Made by a program: the position numbers and the translations under genes. The notes beneath the pieces were generated by a model. That model saw only the letters and a list, made by a program, of their open reading frames with translations, was not told where the DNA came from and ran no database searches. A stretch of 64,000 bases of DNA from Heptranchias perlo. Its lineage: Eukaryota. The stretch lies in assembly GCF_035084215.1 (NCBI RefSeq), contig NC_090334.1, positions 55,924,001-55,988,000 on the forward strand, given 5' to 3'. Positions 38,061 to 51,905 of this stretch are shown here, one piece after another; the first letter of the stretch is position 1; each line of letters opens with the position of its first letter.

Positions 38061-39436
38061 AGGTTCATTCTCTGTCTTTACCAACCTCTGTACTCAAGCA
38101 TGATTTTATTTACTACCTATTGCTACCATCATCCCAGACAGCTTTTATGAAAAATAGTGAAAATGTGTAACATGTAAATGATTTGAGCCAGTGAGAAAAA
38201 TGAGTCTGCCAGACTTTAATGCAGTAACTTACATTATCTTAATTTACACAGTATTTCCTGATATAGTTTAACTCCAATTTCTTGCTCAATTGATCTTTTA
38301 ATTTGAAATGTTATTTTCAGTTTTCTAATAAGTTAAATAAAAGTCATAAATTTACATAGAAATGAAAATGCCTGTAAGATTGAATTATTCATAAATTAAA
38401 CAGTGAAAGGCAGTCACTCAGACCTAAAGCAACTCTTTTAGGTAGCCAACAATTTTGTTTTTATATTAGATTTTACAAAAATTAAAAATGAGTTTGCATT
38501 TAAAATGCCACAATTGCACTATTAAAGGTTATTAAAGATCACAATCCTATATTGCTGACAGGTTTGGTGCTAAAACTAATTGTTTTTAAAGCAGACTTTG
38601 ATGTTTCTTTTTCATCAATTGGTATCTGAGGACTTACAGTGCTTTACCTAAGTTGCCATAACAACCAAATATTCATGCTCTACTTGACAAAGCTGCTTGA
38701 TATTTAAAAATGCAGCTCAATTTTTAGTTACATTTTCTAATACATATCATGTGTCAGGCATGAAACAAGGAATGCTTTCATGAATATTAGATGTTACACA
38801 CACAGTTATGTAAAATTTCCATTAGCTTTTTTTGAATTTTTAGCATTAAATGCTACTTGAACTTTTGTAGTAGAGAATTTAAAGTATTTTCTATCCCCTT
38901 GGGTGTACCATTAAGGTCCCGGTAGATTTTTTTTGATTCATCCATATCATTATGTGTAATCTTAACATATTATAACAAACACACGCAAATTGGTTTTATG
39001 AACAATACTGATACAATTTAATGTGGGTGTCACCTGATATTTTCTCTTAAACTGCTGTTCTAAAAGACTTCTGTTTACGGTACTAAATAGTTGCCAATTT
39101 ACTCAGCATATAGACCTGAGAGAACATGAACTAGCATGATTTAATCATGATTTAATTGACCCAGCTGTGCCCACTACATTCCATTATGCAACAGACCTTC
39201 CTCATTTTCAGTAATAGTGAATACGAAGTCTCAATGGCAAACTGCTGTTATACTAGTTCAGACTTAAGTGTGGCAGGAAAGTCTCTGTAAGTCTCTAGTT
39301 ACCAGGAGACATGAGTCCACTGTTATGTCCGAATGAACATTCAAATTAGTGCGATAATAATTAGCTGCTTTTATTTCAAGACCCTCTAGAATATCCGTCA
39401 AAAAATAAGAAAAGTAAGGAGTGTAATTGCTACAAT

Positions 39437-41083
39437 GGGCTAGAAATTGAGCTGTCTAGCGTCCGTTGTTTCGGCACTACGCGGCCTCCCGAACATCCAA
39501 GATGGCGTCTTGGATGCCCACGCACGCTTCTAGCATGATGCGCGTCGGACATCATGCACAAATAACGAACACCGGCAGCATGTAAAGTAAGGAGAAAATG
39601 CGTTTGATCAGTGTGCAACACTGATTTAAAATGATAAGCACCACTTTGGGACTTAACGCTCCACTCAACGCATTATCTTAACCACGACCATCTGAACGTG
39701 TCTTAGAGTGCCTCGAGGACCCTCCACCAGCAGTATTTAAAAGAACCATGCAGAATTTACAGGTTGGTTGCTGGATTATTGCTCCTGGCTGCTGATGCAT
39801 TTGTAACTGTTTTTGGAGATCTCCTATACTTGAATACTAGGACGAGGGATCATAGCCTAACATTTCGAGCCAGGATGTGCAGGAGTGAAGTTAGGAAATG
39901 CTTCTACAAACAAAGGGGAACACTCTTCTGCAAACAGCAGTTGATGAAAGCTCACTTGTGAATTTTAAATTTGAGATTGATAGATTTCTGTGAACCAAGG
40001 GTATTAAGGGATATGGGGCTAAGGTGGGTATATGGAGTTAGGTCACAGGTCCGCCATGATATCATTGAATGGCGGAAAAGGCTTGAGGGGCTAAATGCCA
40101 CTGCCATGTGCCACTGTTATGTGCCACCTTCTCCTGCAAGAAAGCGGGACATGTGTCAGGGTGATGTGCCTGTTATGGTTGAATAGCTGCCAGTGTTAGC
40201 GGCCTGTGAGTTGTGGGTGGGCGGCTTGCAACAGTGGTAATGTGTAAGGGTGAGAGGAAGCATCTGATTGGAAGAGTTGAGTACTGATGGAAAGAGTTTG
40301 TTGGTAGGTGGGTGATGGGGGAGTAGCATGTGGAGCAGTGGATGCGGCTAGTGGTGCAGTTGGTAGGAGATGCCACTTGACAGTTGACCTTACTCACCTT
40401 GACCACTCGTGTCAAAGCATTGAACTTCTTCCTGCACTGCATCTATGTTCGTGGTGCTATGCGCCTGGCATTGACTTCGTCCCCTGCTGCCTCCCAATGC
40501 TTTTTGAGCATATGTCTGGAGGGCCTCTTGTCCCCCACTCCTTGCAGATATAGGATGCCCCTCCATCTGTCTACCTCTTGCACTAAGGCTTTCAGTGTAT
40601 CATCAGAGAACCTCGGAGTACATACTCTCGCAGGCCTGGTACCAACTCAGACCGGCAGATTAGAGGATGTGAGATTTAGTGGTGCGCAACCTTTATTCAA
40701 TGTTTTAACATAACTCAACAGTTTGTAAACATAGGGACAGGACCTGCACCTGTGTTTTACGTGTGTGATGTCTGATCTCCGTTCAGACTCTGTGCAGACA
40801 GCAGGCTGTTTTTTTAGCAAATAACAGGTACCGGCTAACGTTAAGAGATTTTGGCAGGCTGTCAGACAGATAGCCTGCCTTTAAGAGATTCGGGCTCCTC
40901 CTGCTGGTGGAAAGTGTGAATGTCGTGGAATTGTAGTGACAAGGCCTGGATTTTTTCATGCACGAGGTAAATTTTGTGATAGCACAAATGTCTCATCCTA
41001 CCTGCAATGGGTCGACCAGGCGGGGGTTAATCGCGCATTGCGATGCCCGCGCCCATTTTCGGGGTTTAACCAATTTAACTCCC
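39437..41083. mobile_element. Non-autonomous Harbinger with Myb/SANT exon (-) and an internal CR1 tail fragment (~39825-40100)
   Basis: Imperfect TIRs GGGCTAGAAATTG and CAATTTAACTCCC; AAT at 39434-39436 and 41084-41086; PRFSDDTLKALVQEV and QCRKKFNALTRVVK followed by a GTGAG donor (~40397). Confidence 0.75.
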
Positions 41084-41086
41084 AAT

Positions 41087-42214
41087 GTATTTACTCCCAT
41101 CAGGGGGCCATCTTGTGTTCAGTTAACAATAAGCAACTACCATATATATCACTTTCCCCCTCAGAACTACAAGATGAAAATAATCATCTCCAAGAATGAA
41201 CCTGAGTGACAGCTATAAAACATTAAGTAAAGAAATTCAGCAACTACATCTTACAATAACATGAACCATAGCACTCTCCCAGTAATAGGCAGGAAAGGTG
41301 GGTTATGCCAACACGAGAACCATAGTGGAAACCATTCAACACTATACTAACTACAAGTCCAAACAATTTGGAGGTTTCCTTGACCTTTGTGGATACCTTC
41401 AAGTAGGATTGACACTGGGTGAGCTGAGACTAATAACAGGAGCAGGAGATGGTAACTTCTCAGGTTCAGTTACAAAACTGTCAGGGTTCACAGCTTTCTT
41501 TGGAGACTGTCCTGGAGAGTTCACACTGAAGTCAGGAGCACAATGTCCTGGAAGGTAGTTGCTTTGTTACACGTGGGAATAGGTGAAACATCTGAAGCTT
41601 TCGAAGGAGATGTAACAGCGACATCCTTAGGTGGAATATGCATTGGTTGTAGGTCACAAGCAACACCATCATTTGCCACATTAAAGGTAGCAGCTCACTA
41701 CAATTCTTGTAATTGATCCTTATGATGGTTCCACAGCAAACCATCCACCAAAACTAAAAATGTAACAGCTCCAATCTTCTGTTCAGTAAAGCCAACATTC
41801 CATTTTTTCACATTCCCACGTAAATCAAGAAGTAATAGTCTTTCTCCCACACGGTATTGCTTCAAAGTTGATGATCCAGCATTATGAAGTTTTCTTCTTG
41901 ACACTGATGTTTCCAAGTCATGTGTAAAAATATCAAAATGAGTATGGAACTTTCTTCCAGTGAATTACTCAGAAGATGTCATACTCGTAACGGTATGAGG
42001 TGTTGTACAATAACTCAAGAGAAATACAGCTAATTTCAGATGCATGACCAGGATCTTGTAACACCTTCTTTAGAGAAGTTTTGAATATTCAACCTTCTCA
42101 ATTTCCCCATTTGTCCAGGTGGAAAAGTAATATGAGACACACCATTCCATATCAGGCAAACAAATACCGTAATTGGACATTGGAACCACTTCAAGCCATT
42201 TAGAATGAGAATCC
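41087..42214 (-). mobile_element. Gypsy LTR retrotransposon relic (integrase end, PPT, start of 3' LTR)
   Basis: DSHSKWLEVVPM, FLLSYCTTPH, WNHHKDQL, RYPQRSRKPP; PPT GAGGGGGAAAG (41152-41162) directly before TG at 41151. Confidence 0.75.
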
Positions 42215-42217
42215 ATT

Positions 42218-42340
42218 GGGGGTAATCTTAACTTTGGGCAATAGTTTAAAACGGGCAATATCAGATCAGCCACCCATCACACACCTCTCCCGATTTTCAT
42301 TTCTATTGACTTCAGCGAGAACGAAAATCAGGAAAGATGT
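42218..42340. mobile_element. MITE fragment of the 28576 family
   Basis: GGGGGTAATCTTAACTTTGGGC preceded by ATT. Confidence 0.65.
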
Positions 42341-42344
42341 ATAA

Positions 42345-42600
42345 TAGGTAAGAGTGAAACCGAGCTAGGCCAGTCCCACTGAGCTGGACAATAGAGGAAA
42401 GGTGTGGGAGGATGATGGTGTGGTTGACCACCAAAGGCTGCAGAGAGGTGAAGGAGAATGAAGAAAGATTATATACCACAGTCACATCCCCAGAGATGGT
42501 ATTTGCATCTTTGGTTGGGGCCATTTCGATAATCTGGGAGGGGTGCAAAACTGATTGTGGGGATTTAACTGGGAGTTGTGGTAAAGAAGGGCATGGAACT
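42345..42600 (-). mobile_element. L2 RT fragment
   Basis: NHTIILPHLSSIVQLSGTGLARFHSYL; homologous to 7600-7860. Confidence 0.7.
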
Positions 42601-45482
42601 GGAATCCCAATTGCAATGCCAGAGATTAAAGTAATAGAAAGGGATTAAGTGCATAATTCATAACTAGAGTGGCAGAACTTGGAAGGTCACTTAGTAGACC
42701 ACCAGTGGTTGGATGTTTCATTCAAGACTATTGGATAAATTAAAACATTTATTAAGAAGCTTGCTCACATTTGCCTCTGTGGCTTTAACCAAGGATACCA
42801 AGTGTTAAAGAGTGGCTACTTTTGATAAGATTACTGACTACACATCTGAAAACTCCTTAAGTTCTTTTCTGTCATAGTTGCTTGCTAGCCCAAATTAATT
42901 CCTAAAAGATTGAGGTAGTTAACTCATGATTAGGCATCTATTAGTAACTTCTATAAAAGGAAATGGGGATTTTGCCGGCTTGTGGTGCAGAATTATGCTT
43001 TTGTATATGTCTGCCAAGTGATTTTAATATATGCATGTCAAGTACAAGAGAAGGAAGGTCATTAGAACATATAATTAACTCTAATTGTAATAATGAAAAG
43101 CTTACTGTGTGGAAGAAATACCTCTCTTTCATTTATTGATGTTACCTTTAAGTGCATGTGTCAATAAATCCATTGCTTCACGTGAATTGGTGGCTAAACA
43201 TAAAACCCAAAAATGCAACATAATACGGAAATCAGTATGTTGCCAATTTAGGATCCGATTTTAATTATATGAATACTGCACAATATTTAGTAAACTGATT
43301 TTTCCGTGAGAAATCAAATGGTTCTGCCTAACCTATGTGCAGCTGTTATGTTAATTCATTGATTGAGGGTTTTAAAAAAAGTGCTGCTGGCTTCTGTGAC
43401 CTGGATTTATACGATGATTACAAAAGCAGCTTTGTACAGATTATGTGCTCTTCTGTGACATGATTCACTGATTATTGGGATGGTGAAGGCTGCTTTAGTT
43501 TTCAATGCAACTGCTTATTCTAAAGCTGTGGTAATACTATTCGTAGGAGCATATTTTAGGGTCGATGATAATCCTGGCCGCTCGGCGGAAACCGGGCACT
43601 CATTTTTACTGTCATTGCTTCTGAGCTTTGAGCCTTAAAGGCTTCAATATTTAGGGGTTATAAATCTGTCTTGGGAGATAGTGCAAAAGGCGGTATTGGA
43701 TCGGCCGCCTGTTATACGACCGACTGACGTGATATCACCTGTTTTGCGTGACTGCCCATGTCCAATTTCACTCCTTCAATCTCCTTGTTGCTGTTGGTGC
43801 TGCAAAAAAATTTCCCTCACTATTAAACCACTGCTCCCTTTCATTCCTGATGTTTCCACTCCTCTCCATTAAGATGCTGCTGCAGGCTCTTCGAAATCAG
43901 CCAGCCCACCCCCATATTTCCCAGCCCTAGATCGGCAAGCTGCCCAAAGGCAGTGCATTTTGTGCCAGATTCATTTCAATTAGAGCCGGCTACAAAACTG
44001 GCATTGGCCCAAAGCCGACTCCTTCGGGTGGGCACTGCACGCGGTGTACCCACTGCCCACCCGATTAATGCCGTAAACGGAAATTGCACAATTCCGATAG
44101 ACTGCTTGCTGCTGACCAGCAGCAGGCTACTGTTCAGATGGATTTGCCTGTACCAGTGGGAGAATACCAGCAACAGAAAACCAACCAGTTCTTCCAAAGA
44201 TGACAGCCACCATGAGATGGTCCAGGCTGATCTCAGATAAGAAGATAAGAATGCATGTTGGCTATTCAAAGTTGAATAAAATAGCCACGAGTCATCCAGG
44301 AGTACTATCCAAGAGATAGAAACTTCCCAAACTCTAAAATAAAAATAAAGAAAGATTCACCCAGGATTGAGCACTAGGCCCCTGCAGATATTGTCACTCA
44401 AAACTGATGGGAAGGTTGCAAGGCACTTGTTTGGCCTCCTTTCCTATACGAACAGGTAGCACCCACCTAAAGCAGCAGGTTTCAATGGTCCTTACAGGGA
44501 AAGAGCTTTATCTCACCTTCTTCACTGAACTTTTTTAGCATGTGTACTTAGTAGTGCCTGAAAGGCCAAAGCCCTGAATTGCCATGAATGCCTGAGTGCA
44601 TAATGGAAAGATACAAGCAGCAATCAAGGAATATCTCCAGCAATAACCAGATATTAGAATTCTCTATACAATCTTAAATATAGAATAGGGGCAGCCAGGA
44701 GAAAAATGGAATGGCTGGGGGCAGTTCTGGCGAGGGCAAAGGGAGCAAATGGAGCTTGGGACAGAGAGACAGTGGCAGGACTGGTTGTCCATTCTCCCTC
44801 GTTTTCCACCAATTTTGGGCAGGATCTAGGAGGAAAAATATGCCCAATGTGTTGAGTCAACTCCTAGATGCCTCTCAAGTGATCTGGTATAGATCGGTAT
44901 ATTTTTAATAAGCACAGTTGTGATTTTTCTTACTTACCTCAACACAGAGTAAATGACAAATATAACCAGAAAATAATTAACTCTAGACATAGTCCCAACT
45001 CAGTCTTCCCTATGCATTCTCAGTTCAGGAGAGTATTTAAGAGAGTGACATGTTGTACATTTATTAAAGGATAATGACCCAGAGTGTTTCCTTGAGCTCA
45101 GATAGTACATTTACGAGAAGGCCCAAGTTGCAGCAGTGAAGTAAAATACAATTGAAATGTTACTAAATTCACTCTGGAAAACAGCTAAGTTTGTATCCAC
45201 TTTTTATGGTAGCAGTTTCAGATACTTAAAGTAAAGGGTGAACATTTGAGGGAAAACAGCATAATAACATTTTCCTATAGTAAAGAAGCACTGTAGAGTA
45301 ATTAATGTTTCTACTTTCACATTGTTGAGCATTAAGATAGATAGCTTTGTGGTGAACATTACTTTCAAAGTCTCATTTTTTAATCTAGACCCAATGTCGA
45401 AACTGCGCTAAAAATGGCCGCTGTGATTTCCCTTCTGATATCCCACTGTGACCCTAATCTGCCAACTGGAAGTGTACCCAGT

Positions 45483-45925
45483 CATAGAAACAAAGAAAAA
45501 TAGGAGCAGGAATAGGCCATTCAGCCCCTTGAACCTGTTCCACCATTCAATCAGATCATGGCTGATCTGTACCTCAACTCCATTTATCCGCCTTTGATCC
45601 ATATCCCTTGATACCCTTGCCTAATAAAAATACTGTCCCTCTCAGTCTTGAGAATTTCAATTGACCCAGCATCCACAGCCTTATGGGGAAGGGAATGCCA
45701 GATTTCCACTACCCTTTGTGTAAAAAGTACTTCTTGATTTCACTCCTAAATGGCCTGGTTCCAATTTTAAGATTATGCCCCCTTGTGCTGGATTCCTCCA
45801 TCATTGGATTTCTCTGCATCTATCCTATCGAATTCCGTTTTTATTTTAGAGACCTCAATTAGATCATCCCTCAACCTTCCAAACTTAAGGGAATACAAGC
45901 CAAGCTTGTGCAACCTGCCCTCAAG
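45483..45925 (-). mobile_element. CR1 3' fragment
   Basis: LHKLGLYSLKFGRLRDDLIEVSKI plus tail. Confidence 0.85.
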
Positions 45926-48900
45926 GAAAATTAGATCAGGTACCAGCAGGATCATGTATACAGCCTGAAGTCATGCCTGCCATCTTACTGACAATCTCCG
46001 GAAAATCCCTTCATAAATGTCCTACTACTATTTTTTAGGTTTTCAGCTCACATGCTGTGTTGCAAAAACAAAACTTAAAATAACAAAGCTATCAAAGTGC
46101 TGTACTATTAATCCTGCAATACTGAAGTAATCACTAAGGGGGAAGAATAGCTGTGGTTGCCATACCTAGCAGCATTGTAAATGCATTCAAAAAGTGTTCC
46201 CAATACAAACACAGCAACGGCAACAATTCTTCCCTCTAATTTTTTTAAACAAAAATAAAAAATTGTGAACACCTTATTCTGCTCATCCAGTCATTTCTTT
46301 TATTTCTTTCCCTCTTTTTACCTTTACTTTTTCTAATTTTAATCTTTTTTTTACATCCGTTTTGTTTCTGAAACAAAACTTTTAAGACAATTCACTTATC
46401 TTATTTTATGTGCCTCCTAGATTCCACCACCCATTTTGGAGTTAGGAGCAAACTTGGAAAAATTGCCCTATGATCAGCTGAAAACCAGCTCCCAAAAGAC
46501 ACTTTCCATCAACTGAGTGCCAGAACAATAAAGATTCACTGATGCATCCGGGCTAATTTTTGACACAGATCAGCGAAAACACTGAAAACCACTTAAGTTA
46601 AGGGTAGGGCAATTTTAATTACAGTGAAAGGTTGTCAAAGTTAACTACATTTTTACATCTATATATTTGAAAGTACTCCAATAATATTAATTTACCTGTT
46701 AAATGTATCTAATTAAACAATTGTTTGATGACTTCTTTCTCCAGTCTCTTCTTTTCTTTTCCTGTCAGTTGTCTATTCCCATTTTAAAAGGCAGATTGAA
46801 AACAAGCATGGCACATGCACCTTTCCTCTTTGGGCTGGAGTTTTGGCAGGATGGTTCTTTCACCTGCCCTACCTGAAACAGGCAGATGCTTTGGCTGCCC
46901 AGAGGTATAAAAATGGCAGTGGGCAAAGTGTTGTCGTTAACGGGCCAGTAAGTCTACCGACTCCATTTTGAGGCCATTATCATCCCATTAATGCCAATCT
47001 TGACAAGTTAAAATCAACCTCCATGTTTCCAATAGCAATTAAAACACCTACTGCATTCATCTCCACGAAGATGTATGGAGGTATTGCTGTCATAGGAAAT
47101 GTCTGTAGAATTTAATCAGGAAAGACAGAATAAAGTAAGACAAGATGCCATGTGAGCCAGGTCATGCCTCGTCAAATGAACTGTGCCACGTAGTGATCTG
47201 TGCAGTAATAGTTTAAATATATGTAGTTATGCGAGTATTTTAAGGAAATGGAAGGCATTTTGGTGCTTGATATAAACTCACTTTTAGCCTTCTATTAATG
47301 ATTCAAAACGGCTCCTCTCAGAGGTTTGCATAGGATTTGTGACATTCTACTGATAGGAATAGGCATATGTCAAATTTTCTCTCATAAACACAGAATCTCA
47401 AAGTGCAGTTCATTAGACAAACCCCTAAAGTTGATAAGAATTCTGAAAATGGGTTTTATTGCTGTAACATTTATACAAATGCCTTCATTATCTTAATGGG
47501 GTTAGACCACATTTTTCATTCACAGTACTCCGAGATATTCAATTTCCAAAGTTGTCATTCGCCTTTTTTGGGATTTTGTTTTTCTTTAGCTAGGGCATAC
47601 AAACCAAATCTTCACCACAATAAATAGTTTCAAAATCTCCAAGAGGTAAAATTTGGTTATGGCACAGTTTCGAGTGCATAACTAACAGTGCAGTGTCAGC
47701 GCAGGCCCAAACTGGGAGGTCCTGAATTGGGCCTTGAGCCTCATGTACATTATTTGGTTGAGCTGTCGGTGCCTGTCGTGCCTTCACTGGCAGCTCGCTA
47801 TTTTGAAGAGACGAATGGCGGGCTGCTTGACTCGCCGACAGCGGCCCCAAGGTAAGTCCTGGGAGGAGGGTTGGAGCGGCAATGGGGCAGGGCCGATCGC
47901 AAGTACCATGGAGTCGGGGAAGCACTCCTGATCCTCCTGGCTCCATTTTCTGAAAATTGTTCAATATTAAAAAAAAATTACCTTTTGTTGGCAGCTGCTG
48001 CTTAGATCACAATGGCTGTTGAAGAATTTCAAGCCTGGCACCTGCTCCGCTTGTCGCAATCCAGTTTCTGCACGGGGGCTGAAAATAGGCATTAGGCCGC
48101 TTATTTACATATGTAAGGCATGTTTTAGGCGGCTGCCAGGGATGCCTGAAAAATGGCCCAACCCAATATCAGGTCAAATGTCTTTCGGACGTCCTTAGGG
48201 CGCAGGATCTTGGTCTTTGAAGTGGATCCTCATTGTGGTAATTTTTCACCCTCAAAACAGGTGCATAAGGTTCAATTCCTACCCTCAAATATTTCACACA
48301 TCCTCTCAGAAATGCTAGTTATAGCAAGAAGGGAAATAGCCTCCATCAATGGTGAGTAACTTTAAAGCACACAACTCATTAACCTTGGAGCAAAGACAAA
48401 GCATTAAGAGCTCTTTTTGCTAATCCTATCACAGCAGAAAGAAGCACCCAACTTAAACAATAGGCCCATCTCCTATATAATGAGCCCTTCACATCATATG
48501 ATGTTCCATCTAGCAGCCTGATCAAAAGATGGTAAAACTAGGTGGTTTATTTTCCGACTGTGGATGCTTCATTCTACAGCCATTTTCCCCTCGCGATGGT
48601 TCCATATTTATCATTCATAATGATAAGTGGATGATGCCTGGACTCTTATACCCAACCATGTTGCCCTGAACCAGTTTATTTTTTCCAGTTTTCTGTGTTT
48701 ATTTTGGCAGTAATTTTTTTTCTGTTTTTAGGGTTTAAAAAAAAATTACCAAATGTTTTGGATTTTTTTTTGTTACAAAGAAAGGCTGCTGAGGGTCAAA
48801 TGGGGTTTTAAAAAGTTTAAAAACTTGATCTTCATAGTGATGTGTTTCTTTGTGTGATTTGTGCTGGAATTATAGCAAGCTCTTGGTAAGAATATTTTGT

Positions 48901-49449
48901 TATTTTTTTCCCCCATAATTCTTGGTGTTTTAACAGATTTTATCACTTTAACTCATAAACTAAAAGCCCTAATTCTATTACACAGTGATGCTTTTTATTT
49001 AATAAATTAATAAGAGTAATGTAAGTTGGGTGTTGAGTACAGTGTTTTCTTTGATGTTTCTCATAACTGTATTGTACCTGATTCAAAACGGGAATCTAAA
49101 AGTGAAACAGTAATAAATAGCATTTACCTCAAAATATTCTGGAGAAGGTTTCTGTCATGATTACCTGTGTCTAGAAGCCTGTACTACTGAGACACAATGA
49201 TGAATTTAATTACCCATTTAATTTTGTGCAGGACTCATTAATTAAATATGGAGCCTTAGGAATCAAAGCCTGTTAGTGCTATAAATGACTAATTACCTCT
49301 ACACCTAATAGGATGATCTGGTCAAATTACAATTATAACTCATCAGTTTTATTAGGTTTGTCAAAGAAATTTACAAAATTTAGAAGGAGTTGATTGTGTA
49401 GCACCTAAATGTTTCCTCATAGAATATATAGCCAAGTATTTAAAAATAA

Positions 49450-51905
49450 ATGGCATAGAAATTCAATTGCACCTGGAAATGAGCGCGCTAGGGGAGGGGT
49501 GTGAGAGCACTTCATGCACCTGTTCCCATGGCTGCAGGGATCACATGAAATTAGTGCTGCCAGCTCATTATAACGAGTCAAGTGTGCAGCCTACGCTACC
49601 TGTGCTTTGGGCCAGAAACCCCCAGAGGCAACACCTCTATTGCTAGTGGGAAGAGGTTGTAGCGGAGGTTAATGCCAGGAGCTTAGCTCCCAGGACATGG
49701 CTGCATTGCAGGAAAAAGATCAATGACCTCACCAGTGTTGTCGAGGTAAGAATCTTACCTCTCAACTCAATTATTCTCTCTTCATGCCTCCACCACCTCC
49801 AGCCACACTATTCACAATACTCCCGTTCCCCTCTTCCCTTCACTCTTTTGCAATCACTGCACCACACTTCACTCCACTTCCTTAGCCTCCTACTTACACA
49901 CACTGCACCTTCAACTTTAAAAAAAATTCGTTCATGGGATGTGGGCGTCGCTGGCGAGGCCGGCATTTATTGCCCATCCCTAATTGCCCTTGAGAAGGTG
50001 GTGGTGAGCCGCCTTCTTGAACTGCTGCAGTCCGTGTGGTGAAGGTTCTCCCACAGTGCTGTTAGAAAGGGAGTTCCAGGATTTTGACCCAGCGACGATG
50101 AAGGAATGGCGATATATTTCCAAGTCAGGATGATGTGTGACTTGGAACGGAAATGTGCGGGTGATGTTGTTCCCATGTGCCTGCTGCCCTTGTCCTTCTA
50201 GGTGGTAGAGGTCGCGGGTTTGGGAGGTGCTGTCGAAGAAGCCTTGGTGAGTTGCTGCAGTGCATCCTGTGGATGGTACACACTGCAGCCACTGTGTGCC
50301 GGTGGTGAAGGGAGTGAATGTTTAGGGTGGTGGATGGGGTGCCAATCAAGTGGGCTGCTTTATCCTGGATGGTGTCGAGCTTCTTGAGTGTTGTTGGAGC
50401 TGCACTCATCCAGGCAAGTGGAGAGTATTACATTATACTCCTGACTTGTGCCTTGTAGATGGTGGAAAGGCTTTGGGGAGCCAGGAGGTGAGTCACTCGC
50501 CGCAGAATACCCAGCCTCTGACCTGCTCTTGTAGCCACAGTATTTATATGGCTGGTCCAGTTAAGTTTCTGGTCAATGGTGACTGCCAGGATGTTGATGG
50601 TGGGGGATTCGGCGATGGTAATGCCGTTGAATGTTAAGGGGAGGTGGTTCAACTCTCTCTTGTTGGAGATGGTCATTGCCTGGCACTTGTCTGGCGCGAA
50701 TGTTACTTGCCACTTATGAGCCCAAGCCTGGATGTTGTCCAGGTCTTGCTGCATGCGGGCTCGGACTGCTTCATTGTCTGAGGGGTTGCGAATGGAACTG
50801 AACTATATGCAATCATCAGCGAACATCCCCATTTATGACCTTATGATGGAGGGAAGGTCATTGATGAAGCAGCTGAAGATGGTTGGGCCTAGGAGCTCCT
50901 GCAGCAATGTCCTGGGGCTGAGATGATTGGCCTCCAACAACCACTATCATCTTCCTTTGTGCTAGGTATGACTCCAGCCACTGGAGAGTTTTCCCCCTGA
51001 TTCCCATTGACTTCAATTTTACTAGGGCTCCTTGGTGCCACACTTGGTCAAATACTGCCTTGATGTCAAGGGCAGTCACTCTCACCTCTGGAATTCAGCT
51101 GTTTTGTCCATGTTTGGACCAAGGCTGTAATGAGGTCTGGAGCCGAGTGGTCCTGGCGGAACCCAAACTGAGCATTGGTGAGCAGGTTATTGGTGAGTAA
51201 GTGCTGCTTGATAGCACTGTTGACGACACCTTCCATCACTTTGCTGATGATTGAGAGTAGACTGATGGGGCAGTAATTGGCCGGATTGGATTTGTCCTGC
51301 TTTTTGCGGACAGGACATACCTGGCGAGGCCGGCATTTATTGCCCATCCCTAACTATCAACACTATTCCAACCCTCGCATCCCCACACCTCATGTGTTCC
51401 ACACAACCATGGCCATTCGACCATGACAGGAATATTCTCAAAACAATTCACAAGGATGTTGCTAATACACTCCCTTTGTTCTTGCAGGAGAAGGTCACTC
51501 ATAACTTGTGACGGGAGGCTGTGATCGGAGGAGGCTGAGCCCACCTGCACATGCTTTCCCCTCTGGCCATCATGGACAGGGGGAGAGTCATGGCCGTGCA
51601 AGTGTCAATGCTGGAGGAGACTCCCTGCAGGGTTTCTTCATACCTTATCCTCTTTTTCCCTTCTTGCTTCTTTCTCACCCTACACACTCTGCATGACAAA
51701 CTGCAGCTTCTTTCAGCAGCCACTCATCTCTCTCTGCTCTCCCTTCACACTAAAAGCTAACCCTTCTCCCTCTCTTTCATTTCAGGTGCTGAAAATGTTG
51801 ATGCCGCAGTGCCACTTCAGAAAGAAGAGGCCAGCTTTCCTGAGGATGCAACGCCACTTGATCTAACCCTAGCAATCACCAGCTCAGAGACTGGCACCAT
51901 GCGTA
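49450..51905 (+). mobile_element. Harbinger relic with three-exon Myb/SANT gene remnant
   Basis: WEEVVAEVNARSLAPRTWLHCRKKINDLTSVVE|GTAAG (donor 49746); acceptors TTGCAG|GAGAAG (51488) and TTTCAG|GTGCT (51786); last exon has PLDLTLAITSS. Confidence 0.75.
49920..51353 (-). mobile_element. CR1/L2-group LINE (distinct family), 5'-truncated, inside the Myb intron
   Basis: NPANYCPISLLSIISKVME, QFGFRQ, ALDIKAVFDQVWH, QQDLDNIQAWAHKW, YKAQVRS; tail near 49920; AACT on both flanks. Confidence 0.88.

Noticed and set aside
44090-44245. GRTGW peptide as another oxidoreductase exon
   Set aside because: A five-residue similarity only, with no supporting flanks or splice sites.
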